Below, piece by piece: positions 24,760-38,519 of a stretch of DNA of 64,000 nt. The stretch spans positions 50,418,464 to 50,482,463 of the forward strand of contig NC_043011.1 in the NCBI RefSeq assembly GCF_006345805.1, written 5' to 3'. This stretch comes from Octopus sinensis (Eukaryota). Below the pieces are notes generated by a model, which was not told where the DNA came from, made no database searches, and was given only the letters and a program-made list of their open reading frames with translations. Position numbers and translations under genes: made by a program. Each line of letters starts with the position of its first letter. Within the stretch, counting starts at the first letter, position 1.

Positions 24760-25989
24760 TACATTGGATTAGCCCATAAATAATGCAGTTTTTTTATGCT
24801 TCTATTTTACAAAATTAAGATAAACACAGTCCATTTTTAATCTAAAAGATACTCTCCTTCCTTTTCTGCAATGCTCTTTTATCTATCTGGTAGACCAAAA
24901 TTTACTTATCCTTGACGAAAAATACTTCTCCAGTGCTGTTCTGACTTCGTCTACAGAATCCAACAGAATCCATAATTTTTCCATCCAAATGAATTTGAAG
25001 ACTGCAGAATAAATGATAATCAGATGGGGCAATATCCGAGGAATATGATGAGTGGGGCGCTGTTCCCATCCAAACTGATCCAGCGTTGCGAATCTTATCC
25101 TCGCTGTACGTGGGCGAGCATCATCCTGATGGAAGAATACCTTTCCTCTTGAAACCAAAGATGGTCGTTTTTCTTCTAGTACTGACTTAAGCCGCTCAAG
25201 ATGCTCGCAGTAGACCTCCTTTGTCATCGTTTGGTTTGGATTTAAAATTTCAAAGGGACTAAACCTTTCATATCCCACCAAAGAGATAACAGCACATTAC
25301 GTTGGTGAAGACCTTCTTTAACCTGGATAGCCGGTGTTTATCCTTTCGGCGCCTGAATTTTTTTAGAGAACTCATTTCTCGTCACCAGTCACATTATTCG
25401 GTCCAAAAAAGGTTCATTCGTGAGGCATGACAGAAAAGAAGAGCACACATTCACTCTCTGCGCGCGGCGATTAGATACGAACAGTTTGTGAAGAACCCAT
25501 CGACCCAATTTGCTGACTTTTCCGATGGCACGAAGAACTAATCCAAGCTTCTCTGTTAGTTCATCAACAGTTACAATGGGATTTTGTTCCACCAGGTTTT
25601 GCCGGCCGTCCTCGTTGAGTTCTGCAGATCTTCCAGGAGGAGAGACTCATCTTCTAGACTGCAGTTTCCGGTTCGGAATTTCTGGAACCACCGTTTACAC
25701 CGACTTACACTTATTGTTCAAATCCTTATATACTGCCTTGATGTTCCTCGCACTTTCTGTTGCGTTGTTGTTTTTATTGAACTTATAAAGCAAAATATGC
25801 CGACTAACATTCTTTGTCAATTCCATTTTATCTTTGAAAAAATAACCGCACTCTTCAAAATTTGCACTAAGATTAGGCAAGATAAAACGACTACCTGCTT
25901 TTATAACAAGTTGATGCACGTAGTTTATCTCGTCCCCCACTGAGTTTTGGTTCATGTCATTGAAAAAACCGCATTATTTATGGAATGAC

Positions 25990-25995
<6 letters not shown>
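24760..25995 (-). mobile_element. Full-length degenerate mariner (DD34D-type) transposon
   Basis: TIRs cattggattagcccataaataatgcagtttttt / aaaaaaccgcattatttatggaatgacacaata in TA context. Transposase fragments MELTKNVSRHILLYKF, WVLHKL (WVPHEL), FLDRIMTGDEK, FHQDDARP. Multiple frameshifts. Confidence 0.9.
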
Positions 25996-26031
<36 letters not shown>

Positions 26032-26097
26032 ATATATACATATATTATATAAATATACATATACACAGACCCAGACACACATACACACACACACACG

Positions 26098-26144
<47 letters not shown>

Positions 26145-26793
26145 TTTACATGTTTCTATGTATATTGTATATTTTCTTCTATACACACGCAACACACACT
26201 TTTCGATGACTGTTAATCTCATGGCTTCCTCCGCACTTTGATGAGTTTTGTTTTCATCCTACAGGGTGTCCAAAAATCAACTACCACCAAGCAAGCTTTG
26301 TGAAATTTCCGGTTTAGTCGACGACGACCCGACCATGCCAGAGGTTGTACTGGGTTATGTTACCAGCAAAACTGTAGAAAATTTACCACCCTAAACTCAC
26401 ATAAACCAGGGAGAAATCAATCACATTTATACTAGTTTGGCCTAATCGGCTGACTGGACATATCAGAAGGCAAGCAATTGAAATGTTACATGCATGAACG
26501 TGCTTAGTGAACGTGCATATGGTTGCGCAAAGTTCTATAAAGGGAAGACACCCTTCTGACAAGAAGGACCAAAATTCATATATGTATATAAAGAAAAAGT
26601 TTTGAAAATTACATCAATGTTTCGACTTGTTCTCCTTTACCTATGTATTTCAACTAGAAATACGGTGTTTAAGGTTAAATTGTTTTGACAAAAATCGAAG
26701 AAACATTTACACATACATACACACACACACACACACATTCAAATACATGCACATACACACACACACACACATGCATATACATACATATATATA

Positions 26794-26858
<65 letters not shown>

Positions 26859-26879
26859 ATATATAATATATATAATATT

Positions 26880-27195
26880 GTGAAGGCGCATGGCTCCGCG
26901 GTGAGAGCGTTGGGATCAGAATCATGAGATAGTGAGTTCGATTCTTGGACAGGACTGCGTGTTCTTGTGCATGACACTTTATTGCACCTTGCTCCAGTTC
27001 AATCACCTGTAGAAATGAGTTGCGACGTCACTGATGCTAATCTGTATCGACCTTTAATTTTCCCTCGGAGAACTGGGGCTCGAATGCATGGGCGGCTGCT
27101 GGTCTTCTAGAAAAATTCTTTTCCCGGACTTGTGCCTTGGATAGGAAATTTCTCTGTGCAATCCCATGGTCATTCATGAACGAAGGTGGTCTTCA
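26880..27195 (+). mobile_element. SINE type 5, diverged
   Basis: gaaggcgcatggc head and caatcccatggtcattcatg tail, colinear with the reverse complement of 53952-54289. Confidence 0.75.
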
Positions 27196-27289
27196 CCCTA
27201 CATTGTCACTTTAGCAGGGCCTACTCAAAGCTTTTCTGAATTTATTGACTTATTGCAATAAACCTTTCCGTATAATCAACAGAGTAGCA

Positions 27290-27620
27290 GGGACAGAATT
27301 AGTATTCGCCAGCGGAAGAGTTCCACATGCGAACTTTTATCAGCCATAACGATCTTGAGCTGGTTTTAGGTGCCGTGCCTGTTTCTTTGGTGACTTTCTT
27401 CAAATAGAGAGTAAAGGCAGCCGACTTCAGTAGAGAATGAGGCTATGGCCCTTCTCTCGACAAGGGCCTCGTAACTCGAGTCTAAAATTTGGCTTTCTTT
27501 AACTGGGAGAAATATCGAGTCTGTCCTCCGAGGACACTGTGAGATCGACCATGATGTTTATTTTTGTACTCCTGCAAGGCGGAAACGCGTCTGGTCAGAG
27601 TGATGTCCCCGTTACCTCTT
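27290..27620 (-). mobile_element. Possible very decayed CR1/Jockey-group LINE C-terminal remnant
   Basis: Fragments such as VERRAIASFS and RMWNS resemble RRxVASL and WNSLP motifs. Weak. Confidence 0.35.
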
Positions 27621-27724
27621 CCGACGTCTACCTTTCAGTTTCCAATCTGCAGCGAAGTAGAAAACAAAACATGTTTCCCCCGTCATTGCTTTCATATAAG
27701 GAGCCTTGTTATCTGTCTTTTGCT

Positions 27725-27915
27725 TGATTTAGCATTTACTTGTTTCAGTCTTTGGACTAAGGTCATGCTAGAGCACCGCCTTCCAGAGCTTTAATGAGTC
27801 GACCCGAGTAATTATTTGTTTTAAGAGTCTTGTAGTTATTCTATCATTCTCGATCATCGGACCGCTAAGTTACAGGATGTAAACAAATCAACAGCGTTTG
27901 TTAAGTGGTGTTTGT
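27725..27915 (-). mobile_element. SINE type 1 tail (diverged)
   Basis: tttacttgtttcagtc...ctagagcaccgcc...accgctaagttac homology. Confidence 0.65.
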
Positions 27916-28449
27916 TAGCTTTAATGCTTTGTAGGTCAGGCCACTTGGCAATTTCTTTAAGGTCCTTGTTATGCCTCTACGTGTATCAGCCGTCTCACAG
28001 TAACCTCGAGTATCCGGTCTAGACTGCAAAGATTTATATATAAGATATATAACACATTGTAATATATATATGACATATAATTGTATTCGTACGTTGTATA
28101 TATAGCTGCGTATACTATGACCAGCTATATAGATAAATGTATATAATATGTCTTTTTGTGCGAAATACTTCTAGGAGGCCTGTTCTAATATATACAAATT
28201 ATCAATTGCATTCCAGCCGTAGCCATCTCATAGACAGGTGTATATATAAATAAATTATCTAACGACTCTTTTCCATACTGACCAAGGTAGGATGTGATAT
28301 GAAATACAGAAATAGATTTAGCTGCTATTTCTAGCTAATCGGATGTCCAAATAGAAGTATAATATATTTGCTTTCGGAAAGAGTTTTAATTACGATATAC
28401 CAGAGCATATGTGTGTACTCTGCTACCCAACAATATAGTCTATTATATA

Positions 28450-28504
<55 letters not shown>

Positions 28505-28505
<1 letters not shown>

Positions 28506-28670
28506 CAGGATGAGCTTCTTTCAGTTTCCATATACTAAATCCACTCACAAGTCTTTGGTATGTCCGAGGTTATAGTAGAAGGCACCTGCCCGAGGTTCCA
28601 CGCAGTGGGACTGTACCCGGAATCATGTAATTGGGAAGCAAGCTTCTTAGCACACAGCCACTCCTGCTAT
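28505..28670 (-). mobile_element. SINE type 1 head
   Basis: aaatccactcacaag...cacgcagtgggact...cacacagccactcctgc. Confidence 0.8.
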
Positions 28671-29030
28671 TTATATATACATACATAAAAATATTGAGGA
28701 TGTAATTTCCTCATAAGAGATTTTATTAATATCCAGATATCAACTGGTGTTATCAAATATATTGAGAGAAAGTTCCTCCATATTTAGGGATAAACTGTTC
28801 AATAATGTGTAAAGTAATGTAAGAAAATGGAGAAGAAATGTAGTGGGTACTTTTTTTGTATCACGATGAAAAAGTAATACATTTGATATTTAAATGAATA
28901 TATTCAACTTAAGGAATAAACATAAAAGAATCCTACATATGTTTCAATGCTGCCATTAGGTTCAGATCATCAAGCGATGCTAGGTGTAAAATAACCCCAC
29001 ATTATAATAATAACAATAATAATAATAATA

Positions 29031-29111
<81 letters not shown>

Positions 29112-29112
<1 letters not shown>

Positions 29113-29665
29113 GCCCTGATGCAGTACTAGGCAGTGGCTCTCATGGCTTCTGATCTTAACTGATTGGAAGTGTTATCATGTACATTGTTTTGTCTTGGTG
29201 TAAAAGATGGGCTACAGCAAATATTCTGCTCAATACCACAGATTTGCTTGTCAGTTGTTTGACCTTAACCAGTTGAGCATGTCCCTTAGTGGCTGACGAT
29301 ATGTGCATCTCTGATCACGAGCAGAAGTAGTGGGGGAGCATCATAGCCATGTGTGAGAGGGATTCTTTGGGGTTTGAATAATTCACCTCTGGAAACATGG
29401 GTGGTTCTTTCAACATCCTTAAACAATCCTTATTCAGGGACCTTTTGAGCGGAATGGGCTACTCAACCTGAAGAAAATTCTAACTGGGCCCCACCTGCAA
29501 GGTCATGTGCTGTTTATCTTGATATGAGATCACCATGTCGCGCACATATGGTTGTGATGCATGTGCCTGGTGTACCTTTATCAGACGGGTAGTCATGATG
29601 GGTATACTGGGCTTCGTATATTTTACCCCAGTGTCACTTTGATGGCATGCACTGCTCTCTCACTC
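29112..29665 (+). mobile_element. ~555-bp TAA-embedded element, copy 2 (complete)
   Basis: (TAA)n-agccctgatgcagtactaggcagtggctc...ctgctctctcactc-(AAT)n. Confidence 0.85.
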
Positions 29666-30414
29666 AATAATAATAATAATAATAATAATATCGAAAAATA
29701 CCTTAGGAATGAGAACCCAGGTTCGAAATTTCCCCAGGACACCTGATGAAGGCATATCAGCCAAAACGTTCTGTTAACAACAAACAAGATGAGGACAAAT
29801 ATCCGTTAAATGTAAATAATGTAAATAATCCCGCATCTCTCAAATATAGAACAGATAGATAGATATACAAATAATCAGAAAATGGAGAAGATTTCAGATT
29901 CACGAACAAATCGATTGGACCACATTTAGAGCTTATTTTTTAATACAAAGCATGACATAACAAATAGTTGACGTAACAAATTTTACGGACGTTTCTGATC
30001 CGTTGCCAAAATACTGGACTATAAATAAATGCGAAAATAAAATTCTACATCTCCACAGGACATTCGAACTAAGGTACGGAGCTTCATCGGAGTAAAAAAC
30101 AAGAGCATCCAATATAAACAAAGAGAAGAAGGAAAATGAAACAAAACAGGGCCTAGAAAAGAAATCTAGACGGCCAATAGTTTAAAAGCATATAATCTAC
30201 CATCTAGGGTCTAATGATGTTCATAGGTAAAATAGTGAGCTAGTAATGGTCTATGGATTATTACAATTTATTAACGAGTAATTTCAATTTACGGCAAGGG
30301 GAGCAAGATGATTAAAAATTTTAAGAAAAAAAGTTATCAAGAAAAATATTATTTTTTTAATTTTATTTTTTTATTTTATCTAGTTTCAGCTCACGAGCTG
30401 TGGCCATGCTGGGG

Positions 30415-30700
30415 CACCGCCATTTGGTGTTGCTACATGATTTTACTTCACAAATGCTTTTTAACAACTGCCATTTGGTGCATGAGAGAGTTCGATACAG
30501 CTGCCCTCATCTGCACCTCCTGCCGTGAAGTTGGTTCATCCGGGACACTTGACAGGAAGATATCCAGTCCTACTTTAAAGACATCCGCATCCACCCCATG
30601 CAGGTCTCTTAGGTTCTTCGGGAGGATATTGAAGAGCTGTGGGCCTCGGAAGCCCAGGCTATCACAGTATCTTGTCCTACATCTTGATGGCAAATTTGGA
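30415..30700 (-). mobile_element. CR1/L2-group (Crack/Daphne-like) LINE 3' end
   Basis: DSLGFRGPQLFNILPKNLR...FKVGLDIFLSSVPDEP...AAVSNSLMHQ. Confidence 0.75.
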
Positions 30701-31001
30701 GTCCTTCTGTATATATACAGAAAATTACTAACATGATTATCAAACGGCGTTACCTATGGTAACGAAGTAAATGGATCCAAAACAATTACCGTAGGGTGCT
30801 TAAGAAAATTTACTCACGGAAATTATTACCGAGATTCCTACTTATGGTCCGCATAGGGGCAAGTCTAGGTCCAGCGGTCTCTACAATTGGTCAGTTACAA
30901 TTTGAACCGATGTCACAAGTTAAAACTGACACAATAGATATGGCAATAAAATAAAGGAGAAAAGAAAAGAAAAAGGTCCGGGGAAGATATCAATGATATA
31001 A

Positions 31002-32063
31002 CTGTTGCAGGGCCTCTTATGTCCTTCAGCAGCTTAGCGTTATAACATGCATGAGGGAACAATCAAGAGTGAGTAGTCACGGGTTGTGGTCAAGGGGAGG
31101 CAACTAGTACAGGTAGTTCAGAGATTCAATTAAGGCTACTAGTAGTAGTAGGAGCACTCCGTCGGTTGCGACGATGAGGGTCCCAGCTGATACGATCAAC
31201 GGAACAGCTTGCTCGTGATATTAACGTGCAAGTGGCTGAGCACTCCACAGACACGTGTACCCTTAACGTAGTTCTCGAGGAGATTCAGCGTGGCACACAG
31301 AATGTGACAAGGCTGGCCCTTTGAAATACAGGTACAAGAGAAACAGGAAGAAAGAGCGAGAGAAAGTTGTGGTGAAATAGTACAGCAGGGTTCACCACCA
31401 CCCCCTGCCGGAGCCTCGTGGAGCTTTAGGTGTTTTCGCTCAATAAACACTCACAATGTCCGGTCTGGGAATCGAAACCGCGATCCTCCGACCGCGAGTC
31501 CGCTGCCCTAACCACTGGGCCATAGCGCCTCCTAAGGCTACTAGGAAATGAAATTGGACTCAACTTCATATATAACGAATTGCGACAATAATTAAATATA
31601 TACAGGTACAATGCACAAATAAAAAGTCACAATTAGGCGGTTAATATTTAAAACCAAATCACATGTTAATTATTATCAAATAATGAAACTCACAAGTTGC
31701 CACGATTATATTGTTCCTATCATTAATGATTATGTAATGCTTATTAAGCATATTTAATATACTCTGGCAAATGAATTTCATTATTTGATAATAATTAACA
31801 TGTGATTTGGTTTTAGATATTAACCTCCTAATTGTGACTTTTTATTTGTGCATTGTACCTGTATATATCTAATTATTGTCGCAATTCGTTACATATGAAG
31901 TTGAGTTCAATTTCATTTCCTAGAAGCCTTAATTGAATCTCTGAACTACCTGTACTAGTTGCCTCCCCTTGACCACAACCCGTGGCTACTCACTCTTTTG
32001 ATTGTTCCCTCATGCATGTTATAACGTTAAGCTGCTGAAGGACATAAGAGGCCCCCGCAACAG
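31002..32063. mobile_element. Foldback element with ~310-bp inverted arms, one arm split by a SINE
   Basis: Left arm 31002-31142 plus 31545-31700 is the reverse complement of about 31765-32063, with only scattered mismatches. Confidence 0.85.
31143..31532 (-). mobile_element. SINE type 4 with 12-bp TSD
   Basis: TSD taaggctactag at 31131-31142 and 31533-31544. Confidence 0.9.
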
Positions 32064-32119
32064 ATGGATCTTTCTTGCATACCTGTATATATCTAATTAC
32101 TACCACAATTAGATGTTTC

Positions 32120-32747
32120 CCAAAGTCTAAACTCTTCCTCGCATAAACCTTTCTATAAAAGTCTTGTCACCCTCCTGTAATATATAAAAGCCTGATAGCT
32201 AATATTAGTAATAGAGTGTATAACATCACTTCTAAAGAAATTTTCGAGAAAGCTGCCCCATGTTATAACAATGCCCTTGCCAATAGTAACTTCAAAGATG
32301 AAATAACACATAATCCCTAAAATAATAATCAAAATATTAATAATAGATTTAGTTGCATCAAAGATAAAGTAATATATTACTCCCCAGTATTAATCAGAAT
32401 AATGTTAAGAAGAAACTTTAAAATAGGCCAAGGAAAGTTGTTTCACCTCTCCCTTTCCCTTAATATAAAAACTCACATAGGTAAAGCAAATTCCAGTCTC
32501 TCCGTGGCAAACACTTTCCAGCAACTCACAGGGACACTTGTAATAGGCATTCTGTGAAATTATTCAGCTACTGCCACAATATGAAGAGTATCATTACACG
32601 TGGTCAATACCAAGATCTTAAATCTAGTTGCAACTGTTGCGACCCATGATCCCGTCCACTTGATCAACGATGTATGATTAAATATGTCATATATGAGAAA
32701 TAAAAAATATGCTGATATCGTCATATTCATTGTAAATGTCTTAGATA

Positions 32748-32810
<63 letters not shown>

Positions 32811-32919
32811 TTCTGTTTTCTCTTTTTCTTCGTGTTTACGTATTTCACTCGTTTTCCCACGTTTGTTTACGTGTTTCGTGTTACTTGAACTGTTGGTGAC
32901 GTCCTGTACCCATAAATGA

Positions 32920-32953
<34 letters not shown>

Positions 32954-33290
32954 TAAACAGAGTTAGCGGTTATAATAACCGACTAAGGGATAAAATATGC
33001 ATATATACTATATAAAAATAATAATACAACTGATTAGAAGACCCATATTCGATTATGTGAAGGTGAATTTAAACATCGCTATGCCAATCGCATAGCCTCC
33101 TTCCGACATAGGGACAAAAGAAAAGCTACTAAGTTGGCTTGAAAGATAACGAAACATCGCATGTGATTAAATAGAAAGTAATTGGGAAATTCATACCTAA
33201 CGTGAATGGATCGATTAAATGTAGACTTTGCTTGGCTGAAAGAGCGTAGATCCTGTTCAGATCTAAGATTCCTCTCTATTGAGCTCCAGG
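32120..33290 (+). mobile_element. Decayed Penelope-like element, interrupted at about 32600-32990
   Basis: FEKAAPCYNNALANSNF...RPRKVV...NIKTHIGK...KHFP, then CEGEFKHRYAN..SFRH...KCRLCLAE (GIY-YIG region). Confidence 0.7.
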
Positions 33291-33909
33291 TCAGAAATTT
33301 TCAGTCGTTGCATGCATATATATAAATATATTCTGAAGAATTGGAATATTTCGCCTATTCCTGACTGACTTGATATCTTCCCAGCCTTCTCATTTAAGGC
33401 CTAATGACGGTAGCTCTTTTACCTTCTTGTTATATTATTTTTTACCAATTCATTTTTGTGTTTTCGTTTTCCCATTTTTCGATTTCTGCCTTCTGTTTTA
33501 CTTTCGCGTTTTCTACATTGCTATCATCTCAGTCTTCTCGTGTTTCCTCTATTATTCAGTTTTTATTTAGTTTGTTACGATATGCGGTTTTTGCGCATGA
33601 AGAATTTATTTGAGTGCACCGTGCCCTTTAAATAAATAATTTTTATCTCTCACCGGAGGGAGTACATTCTTTGTTGAATTATATTTCACGGAACAGTAAA
33701 TTATATATACATATATATATATATATATAGACGCATACAAGCACACGCAAGCACATACGGGTACTTTCATCGTTCATATTTTAAAATTAGACAGTATACC
33801 ATAAACACACGTGCATACACATCTAGATACGTAAATGCATACACACATATAGAAATACATACCTAAGTACGTCTAGACATTCACACACATACACGCACAC
33901 ACACACACA

Positions 33910-33994
<85 letters not shown>

Positions 33995-34010
33995 CTGGTA
34001 TGTATGTATG

Positions 34011-34103
<93 letters not shown>

Positions 34104-34394
34104 GAATGTACAGACGTATTTAGATTTGTATTTCTATGTGTGTAAGCATTTACATATTTAAATATGTACGCATATGTGTCTATAGTTTACAGTTCAGGTG
34201 ACCTTTAACTGATTCGTAATCATAGAATATGAATGATGATGTCAAAGGTCAGGCAAACAATTAATAATATCGTTTAAATATTTGGCAGGCAATGCATTTC
34301 TAGCGGATAATTTTGATAGGCGATGCGTGATAAATGGAATAATTTGTATTATATATATATGCATATATAAATATATATATATAGAGAGAGAGAG

Positions 34395-34396
34395 AG

Positions 34397-34483
<87 letters not shown>

Positions 34484-34504
34484 CAGATAGATAGATCATA
34501 GATC

Positions 34505-34565
<61 letters not shown>
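34395..34565. repeat. (GATA)n microsatellite
   Basis: Direct inspection. Similar tracts at 37785-37980 and 60424-60607. Confidence 0.95.
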
Positions 34566-34759
34566 GTATAAATATATATATATATACATATGTATGTGTA
34601 TATGCGTATATATACATATAAATATATATAAATGTACATATATATGTATGTATGCATATAAGTATATATGTATATGTATGTATATATATATATATTTGTG
34701 TGTGTGTGTGTGTGTGTGTAGACGTGTGTGTGTATGTGCGAGTATACATACATATACAT

Positions 34760-34810
<51 letters not shown>

Positions 34811-35504
34811 TACATGCCTAATACATACACAGACATACACTAGGATGTGTTTGGTACAGTCCACAGGTGAAGGAAGCATTCATACTACTAATCCGAAGAC
34901 AAATATCACCCCTCCCACCGCCTTCAACTGTCTTCCGTTACTCATGGCTAGTTCTACAATGTAGATCATTACTCTATACCCATGAGATTCACACCTCACT
35001 CCATATTAGAAAGCAAATTTGTTACTTGACTTGTTGCGTGTGATTGTTTGGCAGTTTTCGTGTGAGGAGTAAAGACAAAAAATATGCACCGCGGTGTGTT
35101 TTGATAAAAGAATAGGTAGTATTATAAGGAGAAAGAAACGAGAAATGAGAGAGGAAAAGAAAGGCGAGCGATTTGGATAGAGGGAAAAGGCAAATGGAAA
35201 GCAAAATTTACGAATAGAAGACGGCTTGTTTATTTAGCGATAGTTAACTTTCGTGGGTGGAAGGGATATTTGAAGAAGGATTGTCTGACGGAGACAGGGA
35301 ATAGTGCGATGGAATATAATGGATTTGAGCAAATTGTAATGAATTATATCGCTTATACTGTCTATAAATCACACTATATAACAAGAATTTGTCCTTGGGT
35401 AGGAACTGTTATTTCCTATCTGCTTGCCCCTAGAAAGTAGGGAAAATTACTACTATTTCCTTCAAGATTTGCTTTTGCTTTCCTTACATATATTCTGGCC
35501 TCAA

Positions 35505-35655
35505 ACAATCCCATTTCAGACATGGATATGATGCCCCACTACTCCTACTCATCATCAGAGATGCACATATTGTCAGCCAGTAAGGAACATGCTCAAATAG
35601 TTATGGTCAAACAACTGACAAGAAAATATGTACTATTGTAAAGAATATTTGCTAT
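35505..35655 (-). mobile_element. Internal fragment of the ~555-bp TAA-associated element
   Basis: gatgccccactactcctactcatcatcagagatgcacatattgtcagcc...aaacaactgacaag homology. Confidence 0.65.
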
Positions 35656-37782
35656 TACGTCATCTCTACTTCAGCAACTCAGCGCTGAATCTATGTGTCT
35701 GAGATGTAATGGAAAATAAGTCAGTTTAAAAAACATTGATGACAAGGAACAATTGCAAAGTTTGAATGGAATAATAGTCATTGACTCGAAAATTCATCAA
35801 GCTATGCTTTCAATTTCACATCGATGTCTGTTGGCGAGTGGTTGAAAAAGATGTTAATGCGAAAGTTGTATATCAGGAGAATACGGTGTGTGCGATAAAA
35901 CTTAACATCTGAGCTCTTAAATAACAGTTTTGGACAATTAATGACGTGGATGTGAGAGTTGTCGTCTTGAAGAAGCGCGCCGTGTCGCCGGTCGGGTCGT
36001 TTCAGCAGGTGTGCCCATTAAGTGAAGGTGACCAACGTCGGTATCGTGAGAAGATCCCATCTACAGAAGTAATTATCATACTCAGTGAATGTTTACGGAT
36101 CTCCAAGGATGAACTCATTCAATCGATCATCATTGAACTGAACAGGTGGACCAGAACACTGAGTCTATGAGGTTAAATTTTCGGAAGCGTGAAAATAATT
36201 TCTATGCAATTCTTTTAAGTAATAGCGTCTTCTCTATACATGAAACAAGTGTTTCGAGCAATTTTGGCAGCTTTAAAACTTTGAAGGAAAGCAAAGAGAA
36301 AGAGTTTTCGAAAATATTTTTTTTTCTACTTCATACACCAGCGCCATAAGTCTGAAAAGTAATCGAATTTATTCGAATTTCAAAAGCAATACACAAACGT
36401 TGTAGCAGAAAAACAGAAGTTCAAAAAATAACATAAAACACTATGATAAAAAATACTTTTTGTGTTAACGTAGATAACATTAACAGACACGAAAGAATTT
36501 ATCTGACAACTCAAAGCCTACATCGACTGGAAAACACAGATATTGTGCATATGTATATGGTGCTTTCTAACTTTTAAAAAGTATTAATTTCTTTGTCTTT
36601 AAACATTCAAAATTTCTTAATCTTGTTCAAGTTATTCCCCAGCGTAGAATAAAATCTCTTGGTTTTCAATTTACCACCAATTGCAGAAATAAAGCTCGAC
36701 AACACATTTTCGTATATTTGAAATCGGTCCCATTTGTTATCGAAACTGATGTGTTTATGCTTTTCCTCCACCTTTATCTGTCTATCTGTTAACTATTAAC
36801 TAATGCCTGTATACCTCACTGGGATGCTGAAGGTATTTGTGTGTTAGGTATATCGCGATTTAAAATAAGCAGATGTTAAACCAAATATTCTTTAGTTGTT
36901 AAGCCATTCAAATGTGCAAGTTCAGTATAATATTTGGGAACTTATATAATGTTTTAAAGGCTGGACTGCGAAGGGTCTTGTCTGTAAATAATGCACACGA
37001 ATTATCGGTAATTTAGCGTAACTACAGTTGTCCTGAAAGCATTAAGTAGTCCGAGCGCCATGACAAAGCCGTGTTAAAGAGCGTTTTGTTGAGTGACTAC
37101 CGAACGCACACAGGAAATTTACAGTTCGTCATCGTAAAATATGGCAAAGGGTGAATAGTGCATGTCAGTGCGTTTGCTGTGTTTTTATCTGAGGCATGTT
37201 ACATACGTTTATAATAAACTTTTCATTTATTATAACCTTACCAGTAATCCAGTTTCCGAAACATATTTCTTACAGTAGAAAACAGTAGTAGAATTGCAAG
37301 AGCCATACGAGTGGTATACACTGCTCTCCATCCCCATTGGTGACGTTCTAATCCATAAGTTAAGGATCGGATTTTATACTCGGAGTTTAAAATGACCGCT
37401 GATTTGGGATATACCGACATATACGGTGCGAATGGCTTCTAGCTAGTTCTTAGAAGATTCCCTTACATTTCGTGCAATTTATCATATTTTCGGTAAAAAT
37501 AGATAAATATTTACGGAGATGTACTTGCATGGCAAGTGACCTGATCTGAGATATCGTGTGCTGGAGCGAAAACAATTGCAGTGTGGAAGGTGTTTATAAG
37601 CCATTTAAAAAACACACAAAAACCGTTAGATTCACTTCAGCATTTAAATTTAATTGGTCAAATATATTTTCGTCCCTTTGAGACCGCGACCTGTTCACTG
37701 ACAAAACTCCGTGTAGATAAATATTGGTTTTTGAAACGTGCAGACTAACACCAGTGTCCTTCACAATTCCGCAACCATTACG

Positions 37783-37882
<100 letters not shown>

Positions 37883-37893
37883 TAGATAGATAA

Positions 37894-37990
<97 letters not shown>

Positions 37991-38482
37991 TGTAATTGAA
38001 TGTGGCGTAGGTTAAGATGTTTCAACTAAATTTCTTCCGACGAGTTAAGATATTTCTGAAAATTATTTGATACATCAGTACTCTCGTCCTTCCACGTCCT
38101 ACGTTACTGTCCAAAACTTTCAAAATTTACCAATCAACGTAGGCATTTAGTTTTTAACTTCCTTATGTGACGAATTTTGAATTTAAAGAAATAAAAAAAA
38201 GTCAAGGAAACTAAATAGAATAAGACGACGACTACCAACTGTAATTTGCTTCCCAGATTTGTTTACCAGCAAAATCAAAATTATAATTAGCAAAAAAAAT
38301 ATAAAACAAAAAGACAAAACAAAAACATGTCTCTTGTAGGAATAATATGCGTATGCAAGGCTATAGGAAATACCATATATATAAATATATATATATATAT
38401 ATGAATGCGCACATTGTATGTATGCGTGTATGTTGAGGTGTTTGTATGTATACGTAGTGCACACAGAGACACAGAAGTATAC

Positions 38483-38519
<37 letters not shown>

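Noticed and set aside
37242-37420. Minus-strand frame with GTAAGA/GTAAGG donor-like sites and a hydrophobic MALAILLLFST stretch
   Set aside because: Several frames and boundaries are equally plausible and no protein family was recognised.
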